This document shows positions 9,867-19,423 of a DNA stretch of 56,764 nucleotides, piece after piece. The translations under genes and the position numbers were made by a program. The stretch comes from an uncultured Oscillospiraceae bacterium (GTDB taxonomy: Bacteria > Bacillota > Clostridia > Oscillospirales > Ruminococcaceae). The notes below the pieces were generated by a model. That model ran no database searches, was not told the DNA's origin, and was given only the letters and a program-made list of their open reading frames with translations. The stretch is taken from the NCBI GenBank assembly GCA_964508295.1, contig CAZDSQ010000001.1, positions 1 to 56,764 on the forward strand, read 5' to 3'. Each line of letters opens with the position of its first letter. Positions within the stretch are counted from its first letter, which is position 1.

Positions 9867-10703
9867 ATGAAATTACCGCAGTTTTATGTTGACGACATTA
9901 TAAAAAGAGCAATTACTGAGGATATAAACTACCTTGATGCTACGACCGATTATCTTATTGATGAAAATGCAAAAACAACGGCATATTTTGTTTCAAAAGA
10001 CGAGGGTGTTCTTTGCGGAATTGAAATTGCTATGAGAGTTTTTGAGCTTCTTGATGATAAGGTTGAATATACTCTACATAAAAAAGACGGAGATGCTGTT
10101 TCAAAGGGTGATCTGATTGCTGAAATGAGCGGAAACACCGCGGCGCTTTTAAAAGGCGAGAGAACTGCATTAAATCTCCTGCAGCATATGTCTGGTATCG
10201 CTACCGCAACAAATCGCTGCGTAAAGCTTGTTGAGGGAACCGGCGCAGCCGTTGCCGAGACAAGAAAGACACTCCCTGGATTACGCGCTCTACAGAAATA
10301 TGCCGTAACAGTCGGCGGCGGAAAAAATCACCGCTACAATCTCAGCGATGCGGCTATGCTTAAGGATAATCATATTGATGCCTGCGGCTCTATCAAAAAC
10401 GCCGTTGCTGCTTTCCGCAGCAAGACTGGTCATATGATTAAAATTGAGGTCGAGGTCAGAGATTTTGACGAGCTTAACGAGGCCCTTGATGCTGGCGCTG
10501 ATGTTATTATGCTCGATAATATGAGCTGCGAGCAGATGACGCAGGCTGTTAAAATCGTTGCAGGCAGAGCTAAGACCGAAGCCTCGGGCAATATAACCCT
10601 TAATAATATTGCAGAGGTTGCTAAAACTGGTGTTGACGTTATAAGCCTTGGCGCTTTAACTCACTCGGTAAAAGCCTTTGACATCTCGATGAAAATTAAA
10701 TAA
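9867..10703 (+). CDS. nadC: Nicotinate-nucleotide diphosphorylase (carboxylating)
   Basis: 278 aa. GERTALNLLQHMSGIAT, TRKTLPGLR and IMLDNM motifs. Confidence 0.9.
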   Translation: MKLPQFYVDDIIKRAITEDINYLDATTDYLIDENAKTTAYFVSKDEGVLCGIEIAMRVFELLDDKVEYTLHKKDGDAVSKGDLIAEMSGNTAALLKGERTALNLLQHMSGIATATNRCVKLVEGTGAAVAETRKTLPGLRALQKYAVTVGGGKNHRYNLSDAAMLKDNHIDACGSIKNAVAAFRSKTGHMIKIEVEVRDFDELNEALDAGADVIMLDNMSCEQMTQAVKIVAGRAKTEASGNITLNNIAEVAKTGVDVISLGALTHSVKAFDISMKIK

Positions 10704-10740
10704 AACAAAAACCGATAGCATTTTGCTATCGGTTTAATTT

Positions 10741-11712
10741 TTATATGCCTTTTTTCTTTAAAATACGAATGTCGTTTCCGCAAAATCTTAAATGCTCGTA
10801 GCAACCGAGAAGCCTTGAAGCAATTCTGTCGCTATAGCGCTGGGAAATTTCAGAGGGGGTAAGGTTTGCAGTGATAATAGTTGGCTTTTCCTCTAAAATT
10901 CGTGTATTTACAATGTTATAGAGCGCTGAAATAGTAAACGAGGTTGTAAATTCAGCCCCCAAATCGTCAATTACGAGCAAATCACAGGATAATATATTTT
11001 CAATGCTTTGCTCAGGCCTTTCCTGATTAAAGCGTTGCTTTTCAAGCGAGGTGAAAAGGTCGGGAGCAGACATATAAACGACGTTAAAGTTTTTTTGCTG
11101 AACGGTTTTTGCAATGGCAAGGGAAATGTGTGTTTTTCCTATTCCTGTTCCGCCGAAAAGCAAGAGGTTGGGGGAGGAATGTGAAAACTCCTCAGAATAC
11201 TGCTTGCAGTTTTCAAAAATGCTCTGCATTATGTTGTGGCAGGGAATGTTACCGAGCGTTTCGGGGTAGTATTTTAAATCAAAGGTATCAAAGGGATTTG
11301 GCTCTCCTGAACAGATCTCTTTTTCTTTTTCGAGCGAGCCTATAACTTCAATCAAGCACTCGCAGGGCATAGCATCAACAAAGCCGGAATCGTTACACTT
11401 TTTGCATGCGTAGTTTATATCAAGAAAATCCTTTGAAAATCCGTTTTGCGAGAGCAGATCTTTTTTTCTTTCAATGAGTGCGTTGTTTCGCTCCTTGATT
11501 TTGTTAAGCGAGGTGGTAAAATCGCCTTTGTGACTTAAAACCTCTCTTGAAATCAAAGAGCCTGACAGGGAAAGCTCGCTGTCGATTTCTTTAAGCTCGG
11601 GGATCTTATCATAAGCTATTTTTTTGTTTTCTTCAAAAATTCTTATTGCAGATTTTCTGCGGCTGTTTACAATTTCACCCGCCTGCTTTAATAACTCTAT
11701 AGAATATTTCAT
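10741..11712 (-). CDS. DnaI/DnaC-like helicase-loader ATPase
   Basis: 323 aa. Cys-rich N-domain (CKKCNDSG...CEC), Walker A GGTGIGKTH, Walker B LLVIDDLGAE. Immediately downstream of a DnaD-domain gene. Confidence 0.75.
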   Translation of the reverse strand: MKYSIELLKQAGEIVNSRRKSAIRIFEENKKIAYDKIPELKEIDSELSLSGSLISREVLSHKGDFTTSLNKIKERNNALIERKKDLLSQNGFSKDFLDINYACKKCNDSGFVDAMPCECLIEVIGSLEKEKEICSGEPNPFDTFDLKYYPETLGNIPCHNIMQSIFENCKQYSEEFSHSSPNLLLFGGTGIGKTHISLAIAKTVQQKNFNVVYMSAPDLFTSLEKQRFNQERPEQSIENILSCDLLVIDDLGAEFTTSFTISALYNIVNTRILEEKPTIITANLTPSEISQRYSDRIASRLLGCYEHLRFCGNDIRILKKKGI

Positions 11713-11730
11713 TTAAATGTCCTTTCAAGC

Positions 11731-12768
11731 TTACTTTTTCTTGGAAAGATTGGGAACGGTATAATCTGAAAAACCGTCAAATTCCTGCGCGTCAAAGGTC
11801 TTGTTAACAGAGTCACTCTGTCTGTTTTTTTCGTTTTCTTCAACGGCATCTGGAGTCTTAATATCTTTGCCGTACCAGCTCGATAAAATCTTATTTATGT
11901 ATGGGAAACTGAGTTTAGATGTATTGTCAAGACACATTTCATAAGCTAATTTTAGCATTTCAATGCTAAACTGCCATTTATCAAGCCAGACAGAAACGAA
12001 CTCTTTTTGCTTTGAGGTTAAGTTTCTATCGTGAATACCAAAAGCAGATTTAACAAGATACTCGTTGTTTTTCTCTGTGATCAAAGCCTTTATGTGATCC
12101 TCAACTGCCTTGTGGGTGTCGATGCCTTGGTCTGCCCAGCTATATGCGGTTTTCTCGATAAAGCGCATATTTGCCTTATCAATCGAGATGCAGTATTCAA
12201 TCAGCATAACGATTATATCGGCGGGCAGTCCTGCATAATCGAACATAGAAACTAAAACCGAAATCTCGCTTTGATTTAAAAATCTGCCAAACAAATGCTC
12301 GGTTTCTGAAACAAGCCATTTAAGCTCGTTTGCACTTTCGATCCTTTTGGATAACTCAAAGCCTGAAAGACGAATGGGATCATTTGTTCTGATTTTAATG
12401 CTCTTATTTACGGTGATTTCAGCTTCCTTTTTGGGCGTATCGATAGCTTTTTGTACAAGAGACTTGTCTGAAGTAACAGTCTTAGGCGTTTTTGTGATAT
12501 CTTTGCTCTCTGCGGGGGAAAGAGCGGTATCGTTTTTGGAAATGACCGAATGTTCCGTCCAGAAATCGATTGCGTCAGATACATTAGCCTCTGATACTCC
12601 TGAGATTTCGCTGATTTCTTGTTTGGACAAATTGTTTCCTGCGTTGGCTAGCAAAACAAGAAGCACCTTAACAAAGTCCTCTTTGGCAAGCTTTATGTAT
12701 TTCTCAACAATACTGTTTGGAACGGCAAATACTTTATTCCATTCTCCGAGTTCGAGTTTATAACTCAT
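11731..12768 (-). CDS. DnaD-domain replication initiation / membrane attachment protein (DnaB-like)
   Basis: 345 aa. C-terminal DnaD-type repeats (LTSKQKEFVSVWLDKWQFSIEMLKLAYE...YINKILSSW). Confidence 0.7.
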   Translation of the reverse strand: MSYKLELGEWNKVFAVPNSIVEKYIKLAKEDFVKVLLVLLANAGNNLSKQEISEISGVSEANVSDAIDFWTEHSVISKNDTALSPAESKDITKTPKTVTSDKSLVQKAIDTPKKEAEITVNKSIKIRTNDPIRLSGFELSKRIESANELKWLVSETEHLFGRFLNQSEISVLVSMFDYAGLPADIIVMLIEYCISIDKANMRFIEKTAYSWADQGIDTHKAVEDHIKALITEKNNEYLVKSAFGIHDRNLTSKQKEFVSVWLDKWQFSIEMLKLAYEMCLDNTSKLSFPYINKILSSWYGKDIKTPDAVEENEKNRQSDSVNKTFDAQEFDGFSDYTVPNLSKKK

Positions 12769-12944
12769 TTCATCAATTCCTTAATTAGTTTTGAAAGGGT
12801 GGGGAAGTAACTTTTAATATTATATCATACAATTTTAAAATAGTGTAGTTATTTTTTATTTGTTTTTTGTGTCTTTTTATAAATTAATCTGATTTTTTGC
12901 TTTAAAATAGTTGCTGTAAAAGACATAATACACCGTAAACTGTG

Positions 12945-13126
12945 GTTTACATAATTTAGTTTACATAATTATTGTGAGGTTTACATAATTACTGTGATGT
13001 AAATTCTGTAATAATGACGAAATTGTAGAAAATGTGTTTGTTGCCTTGAAAATTAACAAAAAATGTATTATTATTTATAATACAAACAGATTAGTTCTGT
13101 TTTACATAATTTTTCTTTACATATAT
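12945..13126. repeat. Array of TTTACATAAT-type motifs in the 389-nt AT-rich spacer between the DnaD-domain gene and spoIIM
   Basis: Perfect GTTTACATAATT at 12945-12956, 12959-12970 and 12979-12990. One inverted copy (GATGTAAATT, 12996-13005). Degenerate copies at 13101-13110 (TTTACATAAT) and 13116-13125 (TTTACATATA). Confidence 0.85.
12978..13005 (-). other. dif-like 11-6-11 element (candidate Xer recombination site)
   Basis: The minus strand reads AATTTACATCA-CAGTAA-TTATGTAAACC. The right arm matches 10 of 11 positions of the B. subtilis dif XerD arm TTATGTAAACT. Confidence 0.3.
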
Positions 13127-13178
13127 TCTTTTCACAGCTCATATATTTGTATAAAAAATGTGGGCAAAGGTGATCATA

Positions 13179-13799
13179 ATGAAAAGAATTATAAGGACAA
13201 GCGCTCTCAAAAACGGTTTATTTTCTCATAACCGTTTTTTTATTTCTGTCTTTTGGCTCGTTGGCATCGGAATTTTGCTTGGTACAGCCGCGGCAGGTAT
13301 GTTCTCGGGCGATGATAATTCCTTTGTAAATAACGTCTGGCAGACTTATTTTTTAAAACGTGAAACGGGGAGTATTTTTTCCTGCTTTGTAGGTACAATT
13401 TCTTCCTCAATAATGGTTTTGCTGTTATTCTATTTACTTGGCCTTTGCGCTATAGGATCGCCGTTTTTGTACTTAACTCTTGTTTTTGACTCTGTTGGAA
13501 AAGGCCTTGTTTTCGGCTTTTTATATCTTCAATATGGATTTTGGGGTATTTTAAAATCCTTTGTATTTTTGCTCCCTCAAAATGTTCTTATCTGTCTTTT
13601 GTTTATCTATGCAGTTAACTTTTCGGTTAAAATGTCAAGGCAGATGCGCTGTCTTTTGTCTGATAACAACATGACAGTGGATTACCACCTTAATTTTAAG
13701 AAGTACAATCAAAAGTATTTATTTTTTGGCTTTTGTTTAGTTTTAATCAGCGTATTTGATGCCATTATGTCACGATTTACGTATTTGATTATAAAATAA
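13179..13799 (+). CDS. spoIIM: Stage II sporulation protein M-like membrane protein
   Basis: About 206 aa with 5-6 TM segments. The FLLPQNVLICLLFIYAVNFSVKMSRQ segment parallels the B. subtilis SpoIIM FPQN region. Start taken at MKRIIR with an AAGGTGA RBS. Confidence 0.6.
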   Translation: MKRIIRTSALKNGLFSHNRFFISVFWLVGIGILLGTAAAGMFSGDDNSFVNNVWQTYFLKRETGSIFSCFVGTISSSIMVLLLFYLLGLCAIGSPFLYLTLVFDSVGKGLVFGFLYLQYGFWGILKSFVFLLPQNVLICLLFIYAVNFSVKMSRQMRCLLSDNNMTVDYHLNFKKYNQKYLFFGFCLVLISVFDAIMSRFTYLIIK

Positions 13800-13823
13800 A
13801 ATTTTAAGAAAGGAAGTGTTTAT

Positions 13824-14714
13824 ATGTTCGATATGCTCCAAGAATATAAAGTGTATCTGAAAGACAAGCTTTGCGTTTCAAAGAGCACCTACGATGCTTA
13901 TGTCCGGGACGTTTCGTCGTTCCTGAGCTATGTAGACATTTCCGTTTCCCACGATATCCGCGATGTCAGAGAAAATGATCTTGAGGGCTTTAAAAAAGCT
14001 CTTGAAATGCGTGGAAAAACACCCGCAACTGTAAACCGCAGTTTTGCATCGGTCAAGAGCTTTTACAGATTTTTGCGTGTTGCAGGAATTCAGAGCTATG
14101 ACCCTACTGAGAAATTCCACGCCGTAAAGCAAGAAAAAAAGCTCCCCACAATTCTTTCCGGAAAAGAAGTGGACAAGCTTTTAAGAATTCCGGATGTAAA
14201 TACTCCCAAGGGCTGTAGAGATAAGGCTATGCTTGAGCTTCTGTATGCAACGGGAATGAGAGTTTCCGAGCTTATTGATTTAAATCTTGACGATATTCAG
14301 TTGGGCAGAAGTATTGTTTCTTGCCGAAGCGGAAATGTGATAAGGAGTATTCCTATTTATTCCGCGGCAAAAAATGCGATCAAAGATTATCTTTTAAGGG
14401 TTTATCCTTATTATTCTCAAAATGATAATAACGCTCTTTTTATAAATATGAACGGTACAAGGCTTACAAGACAAGGCTTTTGGAAAATAGTTAAGCATTA
14501 TGCCGATGAACTTGGTCTAAAGGTTGAAATAACCCCACACACACTTCGCCATTCGTTTGCGGCGCATCTTATTGAAAACGGAGCAAGCGTTGAGGATGTT
14601 AAGGAAATGCTTGGACATGCAGATATTTCATCAACACAAATTTATGCACAAATTGTAAATAATCGGTTTAAAGATACATACAACCGTTGCCATCCGCGCG
14701 CAAAAAGTGTATAA
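13824..14714 (+). CDS. xerD: Tyrosine site-specific recombinase XerD/XerC family
   Basis: 296 aa. N-terminal SAM-like domain and catalytic region ATGMRVSEL...HTLRHSFAAHL...LGHADISSTQIY. Confidence 0.85.
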   Translation: MFDMLQEYKVYLKDKLCVSKSTYDAYVRDVSSFLSYVDISVSHDIRDVRENDLEGFKKALEMRGKTPATVNRSFASVKSFYRFLRVAGIQSYDPTEKFHAVKQEKKLPTILSGKEVDKLLRIPDVNTPKGCRDKAMLELLYATGMRVSELIDLNLDDIQLGRSIVSCRSGNVIRSIPIYSAAKNAIKDYLLRVYPYYSQNDNNALFINMNGTRLTRQGFWKIVKHYADELGLKVEITPHTLRHSFAAHLIENGASVEDVKEMLGHADISSTQIYAQIVNNRFKDTYNRCHPRAKSV

Positions 14715-14745
14715 TAACTGTAAAAAATGGCTTTGGAGGAAAGAA

Positions 14746-15549
14746 ATGGGTAATTTTTTAGGAGGAATGTTCGATCCAACGCGGGAAGGTCCTGGAGTTT
14801 CAAAGGATGGTCCTCAGAAAAAAAGATTTTTTTTGTTTTTTGAAATTTATTTCAGAAAATTTACAAAAATTGTTCTTTTGAATTTAATATATGTTCTGGT
14901 TTGTTTGCCGATTGTAACAATTGGTCCTGCTACGGCAGCAATGACATACTGTATGAGAAACTTTTCAAGGGAAGAACACGCTGATATTTCCGACTTTTTT
15001 GACCAGTTTAAAAAGAATTTCTGGCAGTCGCTTTTAGTCAGCGTAATTCAGCTTGTTTGCTTTGTTGTAATTGCATTTGGATTATTTTTTTACTACAGTC
15101 TTATGTCCCAAGGAAATGTTTTTGGATTTTTTGGATTTTGTTTTGCTGTTATGGCAGCGGTTTTGTTTTTATTCATGTCATATTATATTTATATGATAAT
15201 AGTTACTTTTAAGCAGAATCTTCGTCAGCTTTTCAAAAACTCGTTTTTATTTGCATTCCTTGGATTAGGCAGAAATATTATTACAACTATTATACTTGCT
15301 TTAATTTATGGATGGTTTATAATTTATGGCGTTCTCCCTACGGTTATGCCGTTATTTGATCCTGAATTTCCGGCATCTCTTGATGCAGCAAGCCTTGCTC
15401 TCGCAATGTATCTTTTGTTCATTCCGTCTCTTACGTCACTTATCGTAAACTTTAATATTTATCCTTGTGTTAAGAAATTTATGTTGGATCCTGCAATGGC
15501 CGAGCTCGAGAGGCAAAGGCAGGAGGAAGAAACTGTTTTTGAAGATTAA
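14746..15549 (+). CDS. DUF624/YesL-like membrane protein
   Basis: Start at MGNFLGGMFD (GGAGGA RBS), followed by 4-5 TM segments. Family assignment is from recollection only. Confidence 0.5.
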   Translation: MGNFLGGMFDPTREGPGVSKDGPQKKRFFLFFEIYFRKFTKIVLLNLIYVLVCLPIVTIGPATAAMTYCMRNFSREEHADISDFFDQFKKNFWQSLLVSVIQLVCFVVIAFGLFFYYSLMSQGNVFGFFGFCFAVMAAVLFLFMSYYIYMIIVTFKQNLRQLFKNSFLFAFLGLGRNIITTIILALIYGWFIIYGVLPTVMPLFDPEFPASLDAASLALAMYLLFIPSLTSLIVNFNIYPCVKKFMLDPAMAELERQRQEEETVFED

Positions 15550-15592
15550 ATTATAATTAAAAGAGCCTAACCTCTTCGGTTAGGCTCTTATG

Positions 15593-17830
15593 TTATTCTG
15601 CTACGCTTGACGATTCTGTTGTAGATGAAGCTTCGGTTTGTGAAGAAGCTTCGCTCGAAACAGCTTGTTGAGTACTCGATGAAGGTTTGTGAGAATCACA
15701 AATGCTTGGGAGTTTATCTTTATCGTAATATCCGATTTCGGTTGATGTGCATCTGCTTGATGCAAGCTTACCTGTTTCTAAGCAATATGTGCATTCAATA
15801 ACATTCTCAGAATCAATAAACTCTTTGGTTGGTTTTCCGGCCATAATAGGAGTCATAATCTTTTTCCAAAGTGACGGGGTAGATACATTTATGCCTGTTA
15901 AAGTTTTAGGGGTATCATATCCGTACCATAGTGCCGAGACATTGTAGGGAGTAAGACCTACAAACCAGATGTCCTTTTTGTCGTTTGTTGTACCTGTTTT
16001 ACCGCCTGTTGGCATATTATTAAGCTTAGCAGCGCGACCGGTTCCATAAGTTCCGGTACAAACACGCTGAAGCATTTTATTCATAATAACAGCAGTTTCT
16101 TCGCTAATTACACGTTCAGGATCAGTTTCTTTTTCTAATATTATATTTCCGTTGGCATCTTCGACTCGGAGATAGGTTACAGGCTCATTATAGTATCCGC
16201 CATTTGCAAATATTTGATATGCAGCTGCAAGTTCAAGAGGTGAAATACCATCTGTAAGACCGCCGAGACTCATAGGAGAAAGGTTAATATCAGAAAGAAC
16301 ATTTGTTCCAACCTTTCTTGATGAAACAAGAGATGTGATACCAAGCTTATCGGTAAGAAAGTTAAAACTTTCTCTTGGTGTAAGCGTTTGCGAAAGTTGA
16401 ACCGGAATTGTGTTAACGGAACGTTGGAGTGCATACTCGATCGGCATATTACCAAGGTAACCGTTATAGTAGTTACTAAAAATGGTGCCGTCAGAAAGCT
16501 CAATCTTCTTATCGGTCATAATTGTTGACCAGTTGATAAGTCCTTTTTCGATTGCAAGTCCGTAAATGGCAATGGGTTTAATTGTAGAACCCGGTTGCCT
16601 AAGTGCAGAGGTTGCACGGTTGAAAAGAAGATCGCCTTTTTTCTCGCCAAGGCCGCCAACCATAGCCTGAACACGACCATCCAATCCTATAATAACCATT
16701 GCAGCTTGAGGAGAAACAGCACCACTGACTTTTGGGAAAGCGGTCATGCTTTCAAATTGTTCCTCTAAGGTATCCTGCATTTTGATATCCATCGGGGTAT
16801 AAATTTTAATTCCGTGAAGAGTTACAACCTCTTGTGCATAGCTTCTTTGATAGCCTTTCTTTTCTACAAGGTCATTAATAACGTCAACCATAACCTGATC
16901 AACATAATAACTCTGATAGCTGTTTACATCGGATTTAAATTGTTCTTTTGTAAATACAAGAACTTCATTGATTGCTGCATCATATTCCTCTTGAGTGATC
17001 ATTTCCTGCTCAAGCATCATTCCCAAGATCATATCACGACGCTCTTTGTTGTTTTCTTCACTGCGAAATGGACCATATTTTGTTGGGTACTGTGTGATAG
17101 CTGCGAGGGAAGCACATTCTGCCAATGATAGTTCAGAAATATCTTTATTGAAATAGGCCTTTGCTGCAGCTTGAACGCCATTAAGGTTTTGGTCCAATGG
17201 CATAATGTTGAGATATGCTTCGAGTATTTGATTTTTAGTATAGTTTTGCTCGAGGTTTACAGCGGTTAAAATTTCTTTGATTTTTCGATCGATCCTGTGT
17301 TGATTTTCGCCGGTAAGATTTTTGACAAGCTGTTGTGTAATGGTGGATGCACCAAATTCAGTGTCATAGAATTTTAAAAACATATTTGCGAATGCATAGA
17401 CTGTTCTACCCCAGTCAACACCATTATGGTCAAAAAATCTCTTATCCTCGACTGCAACAACGGCATCTTTCATATTTTGAGGAATTTCGTCATAATCAAC
17501 CCAAATTCGATTTTCGCCAGCCCAGATCCTTTCGCATTCAGCATATTCACCGTTTTCGTCCAGGCCATATACAATAGAGGTATAGTCAAGAGATTCTTTG
17601 TCAATATCAAGCTCAAAATCACCCGATTCAAACCCTTGAATAGCAATAACAACTATTGAAACAGTAACAATGCAGACAGTTAAAATACAGACAAGAAAAA
17701 CGGTAAGCAAAGATTTTCCTAGAGTTTTTAGCACTTTCTTTGTTTTTGGCTTAGATATTCCTTCTTTAGCAGTTAAGGTGAGTTCCTTGATTTTTGATCT
17801 CAGCTCATTGAGCTTAAATTTTTTGTTCAT
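15593..17830 (-). CDS. Class A penicillin-binding protein (PBP1A: transglycosylase/transpeptidase)
   Basis: 745 aa. GT51 motifs EDKRFFDHNGVD and STITQQL. Transpeptidase motifs STIKP, SVN and KTGTT. Ser-rich C-terminal tail. Confidence 0.9.
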   Translation of the reverse strand: MNKKFKLNELRSKIKELTLTAKEGISKPKTKKVLKTLGKSLLTVFLVCILTVCIVTVSIVVIAIQGFESGDFELDIDKESLDYTSIVYGLDENGEYAECERIWAGENRIWVDYDEIPQNMKDAVVAVEDKRFFDHNGVDWGRTVYAFANMFLKFYDTEFGASTITQQLVKNLTGENQHRIDRKIKEILTAVNLEQNYTKNQILEAYLNIMPLDQNLNGVQAAAKAYFNKDISELSLAECASLAAITQYPTKYGPFRSEENNKERRDMILGMMLEQEMITQEEYDAAINEVLVFTKEQFKSDVNSYQSYYVDQVMVDVINDLVEKKGYQRSYAQEVVTLHGIKIYTPMDIKMQDTLEEQFESMTAFPKVSGAVSPQAAMVIIGLDGRVQAMVGGLGEKKGDLLFNRATSALRQPGSTIKPIAIYGLAIEKGLINWSTIMTDKKIELSDGTIFSNYYNGYLGNMPIEYALQRSVNTIPVQLSQTLTPRESFNFLTDKLGITSLVSSRKVGTNVLSDINLSPMSLGGLTDGISPLELAAAYQIFANGGYYNEPVTYLRVEDANGNIILEKETDPERVISEETAVIMNKMLQRVCTGTYGTGRAAKLNNMPTGGKTGTTNDKKDIWFVGLTPYNVSALWYGYDTPKTLTGINVSTPSLWKKIMTPIMAGKPTKEFIDSENVIECTYCLETGKLASSRCTSTEIGYYDKDKLPSICDSHKPSSSTQQAVSSEASSQTEASSTTESSSVAE

Positions 17831-18034
17831 TTAAATTCTCCTTAGAAACCTCAAGACTGAAGAGGGTTTTAAGATAAATTTGTTATATTGTTCCAGAAAA
17901 CTTTTATATTAGTATACCACAAAAAATACAGTTTGTTAAGTCTTTTTTTAAATTTAACAAATTAAGTTCAAATTGAATAAAATATTGAATAGTTTCCAAT
18001 ATTTTTCAAAAGATAATGAAAAGGAGGAAATAGA

Positions 18035-18361
18035 ATGAAGACTACTAAAAAAAAGAAAAAAATTATTAAAATAGTTTCTATATCAATCTTTGCTTTGTTT
18101 TGTCTTGGGTTTGCGGTATTTAATATATTTAATTTTATCTATGAGGACAGACAAATTCAAACATACGAAAATGAGAGATATATAGTTGGAGTATATGAGG
18201 AAAAAATTGCTGTATTTACTCAAGGAGACAGTGTTCCAATAGAGGTTTACGATGTATATGTCACAACACTTCCTGAAAATGATGAAAAGGCTCTTAGAAA
18301 GGGAATAGAGGTATACGGAAAGGTAAAACTTAAATATGTGATTGAGGATTATACAAGTTAA
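18035..18361 (+). CDS. Small membrane-anchored protein with a BofC-C-like domain (hypothetical)
   Basis: 108 aa. Lys-rich N-terminus plus one TM. GVYEEKIAVFTQGD...TTLPENDEKALRKGIEV resembles the BofC C-terminal fold pattern. Confidence 0.4.
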   Translation: MKTTKKKKKIIKIVSISIFALFCLGFAVFNIFNFIYEDRQIQTYENERYIVGVYEEKIAVFTQGDSVPIEVYDVYVTTLPENDEKALRKGIEVYGKVKLKYVIEDYTS

Positions 18362-18462
18362 GGAGGCTAATACATTATGCCTCTTTTTTATTTTGCTGTA
18401 ATAAAATCAGCAACCTGCGAATAAGATTGAGTAAGCCTTGTCCAAAGAAAAGAGGAAGTAGT

Positions 18463-19419
18463 ATGAGCTCATTTTTAAAAAATATAAGAGAAGCAACCGC
18501 GTTTTTGCCCGACAGAATAAGATATCCTGTTTCTGCAATTGGTGAAAAGCTTGCGTCTCAAATAAACGAAATACGGCTTAAAAGGCTTTGTCCTGTTGTT
18601 ATTGTAACATCAAATGAGCGTTGCTTTTTAAAATATGACGGAGCTACTACACTAAATTCTTTAGAATCGTCAGTCTGCAGAGTTGAAAACAATGATATGG
18701 ATGAGGCAGTAAGAAAGCTTTGTAACTACTCTGTTCACGCTTTTCAGAATGAGCTTAAAAATGGGTTTATAACCGTTTCGGGTGGGCATAGAGTCGGAAT
18801 AAGTGCTACTGCGGTGACCAACGCTCAGGGCGAAATTACTGCAATAAAAAACATATCCTCACTTAATATAAGAATAGCAAGGGAAATCGATGGCGCCGCA
18901 GATGACATCATAAACAATGTGTTTTATGACAGAATCCGCTCTGTTTTAATAGTTGGCGAGCCTTCAAGCGGCAAAACAACTGTGTTAAGAGATTTGGCGG
19001 GCAGACTGTCTGGTTCAGAGTTTGGGTATCTGAGGGTCTGCATAGTGGACGAGCGGAGCGAAATTGCGGCAACAAGCGAGGGAATAAGCAAAAACAATCT
19101 TGGTTTTGGCTGTGATGTGCTTGACGGTTATCCAAAGGCTGACGGAATGATGATTGCACTAAGAGCAATGTCACCTGATATAATCGTCTGTGACGAAATC
19201 GGAAGCGATAAGGACGTGATCGCAATAGAAAATATTGCAAATGCGGGAACAAAACTTATCGCAAGCATTCACGCAGAGGGTTTTTCTCAGCTCTTAAAAA
19301 GACCGCAGTTTGTAAAGCTTATGCGCACTGCAGTGTTTGAAACTGCAGTTGTGCTAAAGGGTAAAGAAAACCCCGGTAAAATCAAAGAAATTGTATCATT
19401 AAAACGTTATTGGAGATAG
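18463..19419 (+). CDS. spoIIIAA: Stage III sporulation protein AA (ATPase)
   Basis: Walker A GEPSSGKTT and Walker B IVCDEIG. First gene of an eight-gene cluster with the canonical AA-AH order and sizes. Confidence 0.85.
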   Translation: MSSFLKNIREATAFLPDRIRYPVSAIGEKLASQINEIRLKRLCPVVIVTSNERCFLKYDGATTLNSLESSVCRVENNDMDEAVRKLCNYSVHAFQNELKNGFITVSGGHRVGISATAVTNAQGEITAIKNISSLNIRIAREIDGAADDIINNVFYDRIRSVLIVGEPSSGKTTVLRDLAGRLSGSEFGYLRVCIVDERSEIAATSEGISKNNLGFGCDVLDGYPKADGMMIALRAMSPDIIVCDEIGSDKDVIAIENIANAGTKLIASIHAEGFSQLLKRPQFVKLMRTAVFETAVVLKGKENPGKIKEIVSLKRYWR

Positions 19420-19423
19420 ATTG

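Noticed and set aside
8388-10703. nadB-nadC with no nadA in the operon.
   Set aside because: nadA is frequently unlinked. Its absence from a 57-kb window says nothing about the pathway.
13034-13231. A 65-aa ORF in the AT-rich spacer upstream of spoIIM.
   Set aside because: The composition is Ile/Tyr/Phe/Asn-rich, as expected from translating AT-rich non-coding DNA. It has no RBS and overlaps the better-supported spoIIM start.
17928-17960. The inverted repeat TTTGTTAA-N13-TTAACAAA between PBP1A and the BofC-like gene.
   Set aside because: It is an AT-only stem with a large loop, so it is thermodynamically weak, and it is not positioned after a gene.
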